Source of the DNA: Vulcanimicrobiota bacterium
GTDB lineage: Bacteria; Vulcanimicrobiota; Vulcanimicrobiia; Vulcanimicrobiales; Vulcanimicrobiaceae
Direction: 5' to 3'
Length of the DNA: 64,000 bases
NCBI GenBank assembly: GCA_963714015.1
Contig: OY970223.1
Coordinates: forward strand, 1,024,001-1,088,000
This document shows positions 31,968 through 42,469 of this stretch, one piece after another. Within the stretch, counting starts at the first letter, position 1. Each line of letters opens with the position of its first letter. A program made the translations under genes and the position numbers. The notes under the pieces were generated by a model, which was not told where the DNA came from, did not search any database, and saw only the letters and a list, made by a program, of their open reading frames with translations.

Positions 31968-33216
31968 TCAGGAGCCGGTTGTTATTTGAACGAGCGGACT
32001 CGGAGCGTAATCTGATCCGACCCATACGGCAAACGGTGGTCCGGGCGGCGTCGCGGCAATCGAAAACGGCTTGATCGGCACGCTCACTTCGTCAATGATG
32101 CCGTTGCTGCCGATGCGGGCGACCTTAGACGCGGTATACTCGGTGAACCATATCGCTCCATTCGGAGCTACGGTGATGGCGAAAGGTCCGCCGTTCGCAG
32201 TAGGCGCTTTGTGCCTAGTAATCCGGCCCGCCGCGTCGAGTTCGTCAACCGTATCGTGAGCATAGTCGGTGAACCAAACCGCATGTGGCGTGCCGACGAT
32301 GCGGACAGCGATGTCGGAAGTCTGATACGTTTTCTCTAGCGAGCCCGAAGCAGTGAACTCGAAAAATGCGCTACCGCTCGGGAGACCATTCGAGTAAGTA
32401 TGCGTCATTGCCCAGACGTTGCCGTTCGGCCCGTTGGTGATAAAGAACAGATCGCATGGTGAATTTTCGCCCTGCAGCCGGCATATTGTAGGAAGGTGCG
32501 CGGGGTAGAGGCGAGAGCCGGACGGGCCGCCTGCTCCTAGCCAGAGCTTTCCATTTGACGCACGTAGAATGGAAACGATGTCACCGGTTGCGTTCGCAAA
32601 ATTATGGTTGTAGGCGGATGGCGGCGTTTTCGCAGACCCCGATCCGCCCCACTCGAGCTTGCTGAACGGTATGTAGCTCGTTATCCGGATAGTAACTATA
32701 ATCGCTAGCCCATAGCACGGATGAGAAATCGGCCGCGTCGATCGCGCTCGCGTTGCCTACCGAGCACGAATACTGGTTGGGAGCGGGTATGCCGTTGCAG
32801 GTTGGTCCATTAGGATCCGACTCAAAGTACGGCCCACGAGGGGTGGTCAACGTAAAGCTGCCGCCCTGGTATCGATAGATGCCGTCGGTCCCGATCTGCC
32901 CCTGGCCGGCTGTCGAGCATTTGTCTGCATACAGGCAGAAGCCGGGAACGCCGTTCTGAGTGCTTCCGAAATACACGGCACCTTCGGCATCGACTGAAAC
33001 AACTTCCGCATTTGCATTGTCTGGAAGATTGACCGTGGTCACCCTGAACGAAGTGCCGCTCAATGTTCGACTCGTCGTACCGAAAACATAGCGGCTGATT
33101 GGTAACGCATGAGTGGACGACCCACCGCCGCATGCTGCCATGGTGAACGCGCATGCGAGATACGCCAAAACAAGATAGCAGGACCGCCGGTTATTGCTCC
33201 ACCCGACCCGTCTCAT
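31968..33216 (-). CDS. Lipoprotein with Vgb (virginiamycin B lyase)-like beta-propeller repeats (frameshift near 32680)
   Basis: Lipobox-like MAACGGG; repeats ITNGPNGNVW, AVWFTD and ITVAPNGAIWFTE. Confidence 0.7.
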
Positions 33217-33496
33217 AATCTACGCACCTCCTCATCTACTCTACAATGGACGCGAAGTCACGAGTGTGTAGGCCTGCTGGGGAATAACGGGAGGGGCCAA
33301 AAGTGTTAGCTTATGTGCTGATGCTGCGGCGGCCGGCGGATTAAGCATAACGCGTATATCTGGTTTATGCCGAAAAACGGCTGCAAGTTCGCAAGGGAAT
33401 CAAGCGTCGGAAGGGTATCGCTCGTGCCCGCAGGCCGTACCGGCCGCTCGGGAGCGGCGGCGGGAAACTGTTCCTGCGGCAAAGTTCTCGCCTGCT

Positions 33497-34627
33497 ATGA
33501 GCGTGGTGCCCCAGCTGCGCGTAGTGCGTAAGGCCGTTTCCCTCCATGCATGCGTAAAATACGCTCATCTTGTGCTTGGGCAATTTGCGCGCTTAGGCGA
33601 CGAAGTGGCGCGCCGCTGGCAGAGCCAGGGCAACCAGCTCGAAGTTTTCGCCGGCGTTGCGACGGCGGCGCTTGCAGAATCGCGTGTGTTGGATGCCGTC
33701 GATTTTGAAGACGTTGTGCGCTGGGCGCTTGCGTCCGACAATATGCCGGAACAGCGTTTGCGGCCCTTCGGCCAGCCGCCCCTCAACGTTTATCAAGGAA
33801 CGAATTTCTACATCGAGCTCCTGTTCTGGATCGACACGCCGACGGGAATTCACGACCACGCTTTCAGCGGGGCCTTCGGCGTGCTGAGCGGATCCAGCTT
33901 TCACTCGCAGTACCATTTTCAGACCGCCGAGCGCCTCTGCCCTGAATTACATTTAGGCGAGTTGCATTTGGACTCGGCGGAGATTCTGCGCCGGGGTGAC
34001 GTTCGCACGATTCATCCGGGTAATCAGTTCATCCATTCCGTTCTGCATTTGGATTCCCCCTCGGTCACTCTCGTGGTCCGAACGGGATATCTGCCCTTCT
34101 ACGCGCCGCAGCTGATGTACCATCCGTCCGGTATCGCAGAGCACGGTCAGTTCAAGGGTGAGCCGCAGACGACGCGGGCGGCGCTTCTTCGAATGCTGCA
34201 ACGGACCAATCAGCAACTGTTCCTTGAATGCGCGATCGACACAATCCGCAACGGTGATTTATGGACGGCGTTCAAGGCGGTGCAAATGGCGGCGAACGAC
34301 GCATCGCATTGGGACACGTTCGCGCGGCTGCTGCACGTGCTGAGCTTGCGCCGCAGCGACTTGGCCGAAGCGATGTGCCGCGTTCCAAAACGCATGCGCG
34401 CCGAGCTCGCGATCACGGAAGCAATGCGTGCAACGCGCGATCCCGCGCATCGGTTCTATCTTGCGATGCTTCTCAACGTACCGGCACGGGACATGTTCGA
34501 GAGCATCGTACAGATGGGGTATCCCGGCGCAGACCACAACGAGCTGCTGACACAATGGAGGACCGATCTTGCGGCGCTGGGCGTAACGCTGCCTGCCGAA
34601 CCGCCGCGGCGGCCCGTACCGGCGTAG
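33497..34627 (+). CDS. Hypothetical protein with a thiol-dioxygenase-like cupin motif
   Basis: TGIHDHAFSGAF...FIHSVLH (HxH...H) followed by a helical C-terminal domain; start uncertain. Confidence 0.6.
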   Translation: MSVVPQLRVVRKAVSLHACVKYAHLVLGQFARLGDEVARRWQSQGNQLEVFAGVATAALAESRVLDAVDFEDVVRWALASDNMPEQRLRPFGQPPLNVYQGTNFYIELLFWIDTPTGIHDHAFSGAFGVLSGSSFHSQYHFQTAERLCPELHLGELHLDSAEILRRGDVRTIHPGNQFIHSVLHLDSPSVTLVVRTGYLPFYAPQLMYHPSGIAEHGQFKGEPQTTRAALLRMLQRTNQQLFLECAIDTIRNGDLWTAFKAVQMAANDASHWDTFARLLHVLSLRRSDLAEAMCRVPKRMRAELAITEAMRATRDPAHRFYLAMLLNVPARDMFESIVQMGYPGADHNELLTQWRTDLAALGVTLPAEPPRRPVPA

Positions 34628-34687
34628 CATCCGAAGGAGATTGCCCTTCCGCCGGCCATAGTCAGGCCGAAAAAGGCGGTGCCGTCC

Positions 34688-36010
34688 ATGTTCGCACATC
34701 TCGCACTTTTTGCCGCGTTGATAACCGCGCATCCATTCGGAGTCGACGACTACACGTCGCTCCGATCGGCCGTTCCGCATGCCGTAAACAGGGCCGGGAC
34801 GCTCGGTCATCACGAAGTTCACAGTTTCATCGACTTTGCAGCGCGGATGCGTCGCATCATGTTGCGACGATTTACGATCCCGCGGCGTCGATTGCATGGA
34901 TGACGGCGGAAAAACGCTCGCGGTGCTGAGCACGTCCACGCCGATTTGACGCCCGAACATATCTACACGGTTTCCGCAACGGGCGGAACGGCGATCGATC
35001 GGACTCCCGATCTGGCCGGGACCGCAATGGGATTGAAATGCGACCCGGCGGGACGCGTCTGGGTGCTGGTGGCGCGCGGTGTTCAAATGGAAGTGGATCG
35101 CTTCGCCGGTGGAACGCTTCAGCGCGCTTACGCCGTACCGAACGGCACGTTGACCGATCCGCCGGTGTTTTCGCCGCTGCACGGCTCGTCCTCGGTCATG
35201 GCGTTAACCGTTGCAGATGCCGCGCACTCCGCGAACGTTGCCGTGCCGATCGGCACCAAACTCCGGCGAATTACGCGCGAAGGCGACGGTTTGCTCGCGC
35301 GCGTGGCGCTGGGAAAAGTGGAAGTCGTGCATTGGCAAGGACCGGATACGGCGCTCAGTGCGATCGTGACGTTTCCTGCGGGATACGCAGCGGGGAGACG
35401 ATATCCGTTCGTGATGCTTCCGCACGGAGGTCCTGAAGCGAGCGATCTTCTCGCATTAGATCCCATTGCGCGCATGGTTTCCGGGCACGGCTACGTCGTG
35501 ATGCAGCCGGAATACCGCGGATCGACGGGTGTGAATGCCGCTTTTACGGCGGCGATCTATCAACACTTCGGCGATCGCGCGTTTGCGGACGTGGAAAGCG
35601 GGACGGATTATGCCGTCAAGCAGGGCTGGGCCGATCCGAAACGGCTTGCAATGTTCGGCTGGAGCGCGGGCGGCTTTATGACGTCATGGGCGGTGACGCA
35701 GACGGCGCGCTATCGCGCAGCGATCGAAGGAGCCGGAATTACGGATTGGCTCAGCTTCGTTCCGACGAGCGATCTCTCGCAGATCGACTATGACGCGCGC
35801 TCCCACATTACGGATCCTAACGCGTTTCTCAAGTTCTCACCGGTCATGTTCGCGAACCGCGTGACGACTCCACTATTGATTCTGCACGGCGAATCCGACG
35901 TTCGGGTGCCGACGTTTCAAGGCCGCGAATACTTCATCTTTTTGCGCGAGCTCGGGAAAACGGTAAGAATGGTGACGTATGGCTGCACCGGTACGATCCG
36001 TGATGCGTGA
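34688..36010 (+). pseudogene. Degraded S9 prolyl-oligopeptidase-family peptidase
   Basis: HGGP, GWSAGG and HGESDVRVP are present, but the ORF ends before the catalytic His; the N-terminal signal fragment is in another frame and the propeller is shortened. Confidence 0.75.
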
Positions 36011-36042
36011 CGAAGGGGGCCGCCGTCGGCCGGCCCCCTTCG
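36011..36042. terminator. GC-rich hairpin between convergent genes
   Basis: CGAAGGGGGCCG-8nt-CGGCCCCCTTCG, a perfect 12-bp inverted repeat. Confidence 0.65.
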
Positions 36043-36057
36043 ATCGTACCGTTCGAA

Positions 36058-36600
36058 TCAGGTCGGCGTTCGCGCGGCGCTGCCGATTTCGCCCATCTCG
36101 CTTCGGCCGGGGGTCGCCGCTGAATTAAACTGCAGTGCGCTGCGGAATTCGCGCACGGACGTCGTCAGCAGCTGTGCATGCATCGGGTCGGCGCCTTTCT
36201 GCAAATGCGGAAAGGCCGAGGACTCTTCGTCGTCGATGTGCTCCAGAACGGCCTTCTGCAGCTTTTCTGCGGTGGTCGTGAAGTTGCCGTCCTTGCCTTC
36301 TTTGAGCATCGTATCGAGTTCAAAGACCAAAATGTCGGCTTCGGCAGTTTCGTGGTAGAGTTTTCGTGCCTCGCCCTTCTTGTGCGCCACTTCACTGAGC
36401 GCCGGATACACGAGATTCTCTTCGGTTGCGTTATGAATCGTGAGCGCCGCTTTGAGTTGTTCGAGGGTCTGCTTGCGGCTTGGCGCCGCGGTCGACTCAG
36501 TGAGCGCACTGAGCAGCCGCTTGATCTGCTGATGATCGCTAATAAGGATTTCGACGGTGTCGCTGCCTCGCACGGGGAGGGGATCCAGGTTGCTTTGCAT
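36058..36600 (-). CDS. Hemerythrin HHE-domain protein
   Basis: DHQQI, HNATEENLVYP, EHIDDEESSAFP. Confidence 0.85.
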   Translation of the reverse strand: MQSNLDPLPVRGSDTVEILISDHQQIKRLLSALTESTAAPSRKQTLEQLKAALTIHNATEENLVYPALSEVAHKKGEARKLYHETAEADILVFELDTMLKEGKDGNFTTTAEKLQKAVLEHIDDEESSAFPHLQKGADPMHAQLLTTSVREFRSALQFNSAATPGRSEMGEIGSAARTPT

Positions 36601-36707
36601 AGGGACCTCGTTGTTCATCGGGTGCGGTCGTTTCGATACCCGAAGCCGCCGCCCGCAAAACGGAGCACTCTGGGCGCGTTCCCAGGATTGCGGGCTACAC
36701 TCGCGGC

Positions 36708-37208
36708 ATGAAAAATGCCATCGTAGCGCTGTTTATTGCAGCGATTTCCCTAACCGCGACCGTTGCGGCACAGGCGCAAGAGCAGGGGCCGCCCTCGCAA
36801 ATACGCGCGCAAATGGAGCAGATTCGCTCCAGCGCCAGAACGGCCGCGTTCAACGATCTCTCCTCCGATCACCGTGCACGAGTGCAGGCGATCATCAACC
36901 AAGTGAACAGCGGATCGCTGGATCGGCAAGCCGCCGCTCAACAGATAGATGAAGTGCTTTCACCTTCCGAGTCTCAGGCGATCCTTGCGCAAGGTTCCAA
37001 AATGCGTGACGCGATGCGCACGATGTACCAGCAGCGCTTTCAGCAAAACGGCGCTGAATCGCAAAGCGCCGGCGCGCAAGGCTGGCATGGCGGCGGACAA
37101 CGTGGACCGGGCGGCCCTGGGGGATCAGGCATGCAGCGACGCGCCCCCGATGCGGGACGCATGCTTCTCATGCTCGGCGCGAACCGGCCCCAGCCTCAAC
37201 CGCGCTAG
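36708..37208 (+). CDS. Secreted helical hypothetical protein (Spy/CpxP-like composition)
   Basis: Signal peptide, Q/M/R-rich helices, VLSPSESQ. Confidence 0.7.
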   Translation: MKNAIVALFIAAISLTATVAAQAQEQGPPSQIRAQMEQIRSSARTAAFNDLSSDHRARVQAIINQVNSGSLDRQAAAQQIDEVLSPSESQAILAQGSKMRDAMRTMYQQRFQQNGAESQSAGAQGWHGGGQRGPGGPGGSGMQRRAPDAGRMLLMLGANRPQPQPR

Positions 37209-37271
37209 TAATCTGGGCGGGTTCGGCGGCGCCGCGCGCGATGCGTGTCTTGCTGCTGAACCCGCGACTCG

Positions 37272-38183
37272 TTAGGGGACTTGCGTGAGATACTTTTGGA
37301 ACCACGCAATCGTGCGGCTCCAAGCATCGCTTGCAGCGCCGGGCACATAACGAGGCCGCGTATCGTCGAAGAATGCATGTCCGGCTTCAGCGTAGATCTT
37401 CACGTCGTGCGGAGCGGTAAGCTGCGAGAACATTTCACGCACGTCATCCGGTTTGATGGACGTGTCGCGCGCTCCGAAACTGCCGAGGAGCGGCGTCGTA
37501 ATCTGCTTGGTGAAGTCGAACGTAGAGACGGTCGTGGGCGCGTCGCTCGCAGTGCCGGGCCGAACGCTGCCGTAGAACATGGCTGCGGCTCCATATATCG
37601 TCGATCCGATGATCTGTTCGAGCGTTATGCCGCCTCCCATGCAAAAACCGACGATTCCGGTCTTGGCCTGCGCCGATTGTTCGACCGTCCAATCGTGTGC
37701 GGCGTCGATATCCGTTGAAACGAATCCCTGTTGCGTCATACGCTCCGCGGCCGCGGCGAACGGCGCAATGTCGGTTGCGCCGTCGCCGTCCGGGGCGTTC
37801 ACGCGGCTAAAGAGCAGCGGCGCCGCCGTCACGTAACCGGCTTTCGCAAACCGTCGGACGACGTCTCGAATCTGCGCATCGACGCCCCAGATTTGTTGAA
37901 CTACGACGACGCCGGCAGTGCCCGGACGAAACCCGCGCGGCACCGCGGCGTAAGCCTGAATCGGTCCGCCGGTGACCGGCCGCAACTGCGGTCGAGAGAC
38001 GATAATGGCCGGATCGTCTTCGGCCACGAACGGCGGATGCGGCTTTCCCAGCTGGTCTTGGCCTTGAGCCGCTGCCGTTCCGGCGGCAAGTCCGGCTAGG
38101 GCCGCCGAGCCAAATACCGCAAAACCTTTGCGGGAAATAGCCGCCGACGTTGCATTGAGCGGATCAGTGAACTCTTCGCGCAT
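37272..38183 (-). CDS. Dienelactone hydrolase family protein with Tat-like signal
   Basis: GFCMGG nucleophile, GARD, AGHAF; N-terminal SRKGF plus hydrophobic helix. Confidence 0.9.
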   Translation of the reverse strand: MREEFTDPLNATSAAISRKGFAVFGSAALAGLAAGTAAAQGQDQLGKPHPPFVAEDDPAIIVSRPQLRPVTGGPIQAYAAVPRGFRPGTAGVVVVQQIWGVDAQIRDVVRRFAKAGYVTAAPLLFSRVNAPDGDGATDIAPFAAAAERMTQQGFVSTDIDAAHDWTVEQSAQAKTGIVGFCMGGGITLEQIIGSTIYGAAAMFYGSVRPGTASDAPTTVSTFDFTKQITTPLLGSFGARDTSIKPDDVREMFSQLTAPHDVKIYAEAGHAFFDDTRPRYVPGAASDAWSRTIAWFQKYLTQVP

Positions 38184-38239
38184 GCTGCGGCGCTTCGATA
38201 AGCGTTTCGCCTTGTCCGGCAACACGAAGTGCAGCGAGG

Positions 38240-39067
38240 CTAAAAGAGCAACGTTTTGAATTCGCCGACCTGCTGAAAACCAATACGGCGGTATAGGCTC
38301 AGCGCCGGTTCGTTGAACCCGTTGACGTACAAACTGAGCGATGGAACCTCATCCAGCAGCGCTTCGCAGACACCATAGAGCGCGGCGCTCGCGAGTCCTT
38401 TGCCGCGCAGTTTGGGCGGCGTCCAGATACCTTGCAGTTGCAACGTTTGCGGACTGCGCGGTCCGGCGTTGCAGAAGAAGCAGAGTTCTCCGTCCTGCTC
38501 GCCGACCCACCACAGCCCTCGATCGATCATCATCCGCACGTTAGAGGTGAATTCCGCAGCGAAGCTTCGCGGATCGTAGTCGAGTTCGTGCTCGATCATC
38601 TTGGCGGAATTGTACGCGACGCTCTCCCATTCGGAGGGGCGCGCTTTGCGCACGATAACGCGATTGCGGCTCCCTTTGAGCGCAGCGGAGTCGACTGCGA
38701 GCACTGGTTGACTCTCACGAACCACGCGCGGCGGCGTATGCCAGCCCTTCACGTGTTCCCAAAACTCTTCGATCGCGGGTTTGACGCCGACGATCATTCG
38801 CTCGAAGCGGTACGCCGGCGCAACCTCCGCAAACGCAGCGGCAACCCCCGCTTCGTCGGCAGAAAGAACGACTTGCCGTCCGAAGAAAGCCGCGCCGCGG
38901 ATGTGCGCTTGCGCGTCGACATAGACATACAGCGCCGACCGCGTCGCGCTCGATCGATCGTTGGCGATGAGCCACGACAGAAAAACGTTGTCAAACGGTG
39001 CCTTGGCCAGATAAGCCAGCGCTGCACGCTCATGCGCGCGCACGAGACGCTGCACGCCCGGCTGCAT
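38240..39067 (-). CDS. GNAT family N-acetyltransferase
   Basis: QLQGIWTPPKLRGKGLA, LYVNGFNEPA..LYRRIGF. Confidence 0.85.
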   Translation of the reverse strand: MQPGVQRLVRAHERAALAYLAKAPFDNVFLSWLIANDRSSATRSALYVYVDAQAHIRGAAFFGRQVVLSADEAGVAAAFAEVAPAYRFERMIVGVKPAIEEFWEHVKGWHTPPRVVRESQPVLAVDSAALKGSRNRVIVRKARPSEWESVAYNSAKMIEHELDYDPRSFAAEFTSNVRMMIDRGLWWVGEQDGELCFFCNAGPRSPQTLQLQGIWTPPKLRGKGLASAALYGVCEALLDEVPSLSLYVNGFNEPALSLYRRIGFQQVGEFKTLLF

Positions 39068-39837
39068 TAGCTGAACTTGAGCACGAATGTCGGTTTACTC
39101 GTCGGCTGCTTACTGCCGCCTTCGGGTTCAACGGTTACTGCGACGGCTGCCACGTTCGCAGCATTCCCCGGAACGGGCACCACCGCAACACCGCCGGAGT
39201 TCGGAACGAAGGTTACCGACGGCGACATCAGCGTCGCTCCGGCGCGAAGGGTCCAGGCTTGATAGACTTTTCCTCGCGGCGGCGGCGGCAGCGCGTCCAT
39301 TGCGATGTAGAGCCGGGAGCCGTGTTTGAGCACCTCGCCGTTCGCAACGGCGTAGCGCTGGGAATCAGGGGCGATTAAGTCCGCCATTTCGAGCCGCTGA
39401 AGAGCCAGTTCCCGAACCAGCTGCGTCTTGTTGCCGTTGAGCTGCGACACCGTCGTCTGCGCCGAGTGCAGTTCTTCGCTCAGCGAGGTGTTGAAGATGG
39501 ACGTGATCAGCGCAACGGCCAAGCAGGCCGCTGCAACCGCGTACGCGGGCCACACGATGGGACGCACCGCACGCATCTCGCCGACATTCGGGCGGACTTG
39601 CTGCATGATGCGCTTTTTTAATAGCGGGCTGGGCGGAGCGATGGTGCCGGTCCGCGGATCTTCGCACGCTTCCGCCGCATAGCCGACCGCTGCCGCGGCG
39701 GGAGCGAGTTCGGAGTATTCGCGCCGGCAGTCCGCGCACGCAGCCAAATGTTCGCGGACGGCTGTGGCCTCTTGCGGCGGCAGCGTGCCCAGCGCGTACA
39801 CCGCGACCGAATCGAGCATTTCCTGATGCGAATTCAT
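39067..39837 (-). CDS. Anti-sigma factor (RskA-like, zinc-binding)
   Basis: YALGTL, HLAACADC (HxxxCxxC), one TM, YQAW, AVTVEPEGGSKQPT. Confidence 0.9.
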   Translation of the reverse strand: MNSHQEMLDSVAVYALGTLPPQEATAVREHLAACADCRREYSELAPAAAAVGYAAEACEDPRTGTIAPPSPLLKKRIMQQVRPNVGEMRAVRPIVWPAYAVAAACLAVALITSIFNTSLSEELHSAQTTVSQLNGNKTQLVRELALQRLEMADLIAPDSQRYAVANGEVLKHGSRLYIAMDALPPPPRGKVYQAWTLRAGATLMSPSVTFVPNSGGVAVVPVPGNAANVAAVAVTVEPEGGSKQPTSKPTFVLKFS

Positions 39838-40364
39838 ACGGCGACTCCGCCTTCCAACGCGGCGCGCAAGCGACGTAAACCGCTGCGGATTCGCGTCTTG
39901 ACCGTACCGAGCGGAAGATCGTAACGGCGAGCGATCTCCTCGTGCGTTATTCCGCCGAAGAATCCGAGCTCGATGGGGTCGCGTTGATCCGCGGGCAGTT
40001 GGGCGAGCGCGGCGCGAACACGCACCGCATCCAACTTCGCGAAGGCCCGCTCCTCAAAACGATCGTCATCCGGAATGGTCTCCGGCAATTCGTCGTGACT
40101 GCGCGCTTTGCTGCGAAGTACATCGAGCGCGCGGTTTCGCGTGACGCGAACGACCCAGCCTGCAAAGTTGCCGGACTGGAACACGTTGGGCGAACTCCAA
40201 ATTTTGAGAAATACTCCTTGAGTCACGTCTTCGGCGCTTGCGGCATCTCCCAGCATGCGAAGCGCCACGCCGTACACCAGGCGGTGGTAGCCGTCGTAGA
40301 GCGTTTCAAAAGCGTCCGCATCCCGCGCGCGAACCCGCTGCATGAGCCGGCTTGCTTCGTCCAC
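39834..40364 (-). CDS. ECF RNA polymerase sigma factor (SigK-like)
   Basis: AEDVTQGVF, RNRALD, THEEIA...PLGTVKTRIRSGL; coupled to the anti-sigma gene. Confidence 0.9.
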   Translation of the reverse strand: MDEASRLMQRVRARDADAFETLYDGYHRLVYGVALRMLGDAASAEDVTQGVFLKIWSSPNVFQSGNFAGWVVRVTRNRALDVLRSKARSHDELPETIPDDDRFEERAFAKLDAVRVRAALAQLPADQRDPIELGFFGGITHEEIARRYDLPLGTVKTRIRSGLRRLRAALEGGVAV

Positions 40365-40421
40365 TCGTTGCTCTTTCGCTTCACCGGGAGCGTCCCCCGG
40401 CTTTATAACGAAGCATCCGCC

Positions 40422-41144
40422 ATGACGGATGCACTCGTGCAAATTCTGGCAGACGCGCGCTCCGTGTTCGTGCTCACCGGAGCCGGTATCTCGGCTGAAA
40501 GCGGCCTGGCCACGTTTCGCGGTCAAGACGGCCACTGGCAGCGGCATCGCGTCGAAGATCTTGCGTCCCCGCAGGGTTTTGCGCGTGACCCCTTGCTGGT
40601 TTGGCGCTGGTACAACGAGCGCATCGCGGCATGCACGGCGGCCCAGCCGAACGCCGGGCATCGGGCGCTGGTCGAGTTGGAAGCACTGGTGCCGAAACTT
40701 ACGCTTGCTACGCAAAACGTGGACTCGCTGCACGTCCGAGCCGGAACCGGCGATGTTTTGGAGCTGCACGGTCATTTGCGTGAAGCCCGCTGCACGGGCT
40801 GCGGCGCAACGCAGTCGCTCGCGCGCGGCATGCCGGAGAACGGCATTCTGCACGAATGCGGCGGACGGTTCCGGCCGCAAGTCGTTTGGTTCGGCGAGAT
40901 GCTGCCGGCAGATACACTCGCAGCAGCGCAAACGGCGGCGCAACGTGCGGACGTCATCTTGGCCGTCGGAACCTCGGCGCAGGTTTATCCGGCGGCGGCG
41001 CTAGCGCTCCAAGACACCGGCGCTTATCTGGCGGAGATCAATCCGGACGCGACCGGAATCAGCGATCGGTGTGATGCCACCATCCGGGAAGCGGCGGCGA
41101 CGGCGCTTCCGCGGATCGTGCGGGCTCTTCGTAGTCTCCGGTGA
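40422..41144 (+). CDS. cobB: NAD-dependent protein deacylase (sirtuin)
   Basis: TGAGISAESG, TQNVD, LHG, RPQVVWFGE, GTSAQVYPAA. Confidence 0.93.
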   Translation: MTDALVQILADARSVFVLTGAGISAESGLATFRGQDGHWQRHRVEDLASPQGFARDPLLVWRWYNERIAACTAAQPNAGHRALVELEALVPKLTLATQNVDSLHVRAGTGDVLELHGHLREARCTGCGATQSLARGMPENGILHECGGRFRPQVVWFGEMLPADTLAAAQTAAQRADVILAVGTSAQVYPAAALALQDTGAYLAEINPDATGISDRCDATIREAAATALPRIVRALRSLR

Positions 41145-42060
41145 TTGGCGGAAGCTCGGGCATCGCAGCGATTGCATCGTCGTATCCGCAGAAATGTGCC
41201 GGCTGGGGTGTTGGTTTCGCCGCCGCAGGTGCATCAGGTTCCGGCGCAATCACCGTTTCCAGTGCAGAGATCTCCGGCGGTAGGCGCAGCAGCTCTTCGT
41301 CGCCGCGCTTTGCCAGACCGCGCACCAAATACGCTTGCTGAAGCCGGCGTAATCCGGCCAGCGGCAGCGTCGTTACGGGCAATCCGACGAAGAGGTCTTT
41401 AACCGCTTCGAACGTCGATGCGGCTGCCAGAATGTTCGCGTTGAGGTCTTCCGCCGCTTGCTGCAGCCTGGCTGCAACGTTCGCGGGATTGCCGACCACG
41501 GCGAATTCGCGGCGCTGAGCGAATCCAACCTCGCCCGCAACGACGTTTCCGCTGTTTACCCCGATGTATACCTGAAACGGACGGCGCCCTTGCGTTTGCC
41601 AGCGCACGTTCATTGCGTTCGCCAGCCGCACGATACGCAGCGCCGCACGCAGAGCGCGATCTTCTTGAAAGACGTCCGAGGTCAAAACGCCGAAGACGGC
41701 GGTGATGCCGTCGGAGTGCAGGCGCTCGATCAATCCGCCGTGCCGCACGATCGCGCGTCCCGCCACCGCGTAAAACTCGTTCAGATGACGCAGCGTATCT
41801 TCAGCGCTGAGCTCCTCCGCGAAAAAACCGAAGTTGCGGATCCGGCAGCACAGCACCGTTGCATAGTGGCGCCGAGCCCAGAGGAGGCGCAGATCCGGGC
41901 GCGAGAGGATCTCGTTCACGGCTTGTTCGGGGACATACCGCGCGAACAGCTCCCGCACGCGCAGAAGTTCGGCGCGTTCGTTGAAGAAGCGCCACGCCAA
42001 GACGGCGACGCCGCCGAAGAGCGCGGCGGCCGCAAATCCGGCCAGTAAGGGGAAAACCAT
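41059..42060 (-). CDS. Membrane-anchored class III adenylate/guanylate cyclase-like protein (degenerate active site)
   Basis: LFARYVP, IGVNSG.VVAGEVG, VVGNPANVAARL; Arg in place of the first metal-binding Asp. Confidence 0.85.
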   Translation of the reverse strand: MVFPLLAGFAAAALFGGVAVLAWRFFNERAELLRVRELFARYVPEQAVNEILSRPDLRLLWARRHYATVLCCRIRNFGFFAEELSAEDTLRHLNEFYAVAGRAIVRHGGLIERLHSDGITAVFGVLTSDVFQEDRALRAALRIVRLANAMNVRWQTQGRRPFQVYIGVNSGNVVAGEVGFAQRREFAVVGNPANVAARLQQAAEDLNANILAAASTFEAVKDLFVGLPVTTLPLAGLRRLQQAYLVRGLAKRGDEELLRLPPEISALETVIAPEPDAPAAAKPTPQPAHFCGYDDAIAAMPELPPITGDYEEPARSAEAPSPPLPGWWHHTDR

Positions 42061-42136
42061 TCCCTCCGGTTTTCGGCCGGAACGCTCCCGGACTTGTGCG
42101 AGGCTTCCCCGCGGGCGCCGTCGTAGGTCGCCAGCA

Positions 42137-42469
42137 ATGGACGCAATCGAACGGATTCGGGCCGACGTTCCCGCCTTCGCCGGCTATGACACCGGCGCTG
42201 AGCGCCGTTTGTCTGACGAGCGCCTTCGCGCGTTCGTAGGTGAATCGCTGGCGGCCATGCCGCCGGACAAGGTCGACGGCGGTCTTCTGCAGCGCTGTGA
42301 ATTCCTGAATCAGCGCGCCTTTCGCCTTTTCGATGCCGATCCGTCACCCGAGCGCATCGCGAACGTGCTCGAAGCCGACGCGGCGCTGCTCGAATCACTG
42401 AAAGGCGGCGATTTGGCCGGCGTCGAGCGCGCGTTCGAGCGGCGCGACGCGGCGATGCAGCAAGGATGA
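42137..42469 (+). CDS. Hypothetical protein
   Basis: MDAIERIRADVPAFAGY...; ATGA-coupled to the GH20 gene. Confidence 0.65.
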   Translation: MDAIERIRADVPAFAGYDTGAERRLSDERLRAFVGESLAAMPPDKVDGGLLQRCEFLNQRAFRLFDADPSPERIANVLEADAALLESLKGGDLAGVERAFERRDAAMQQG

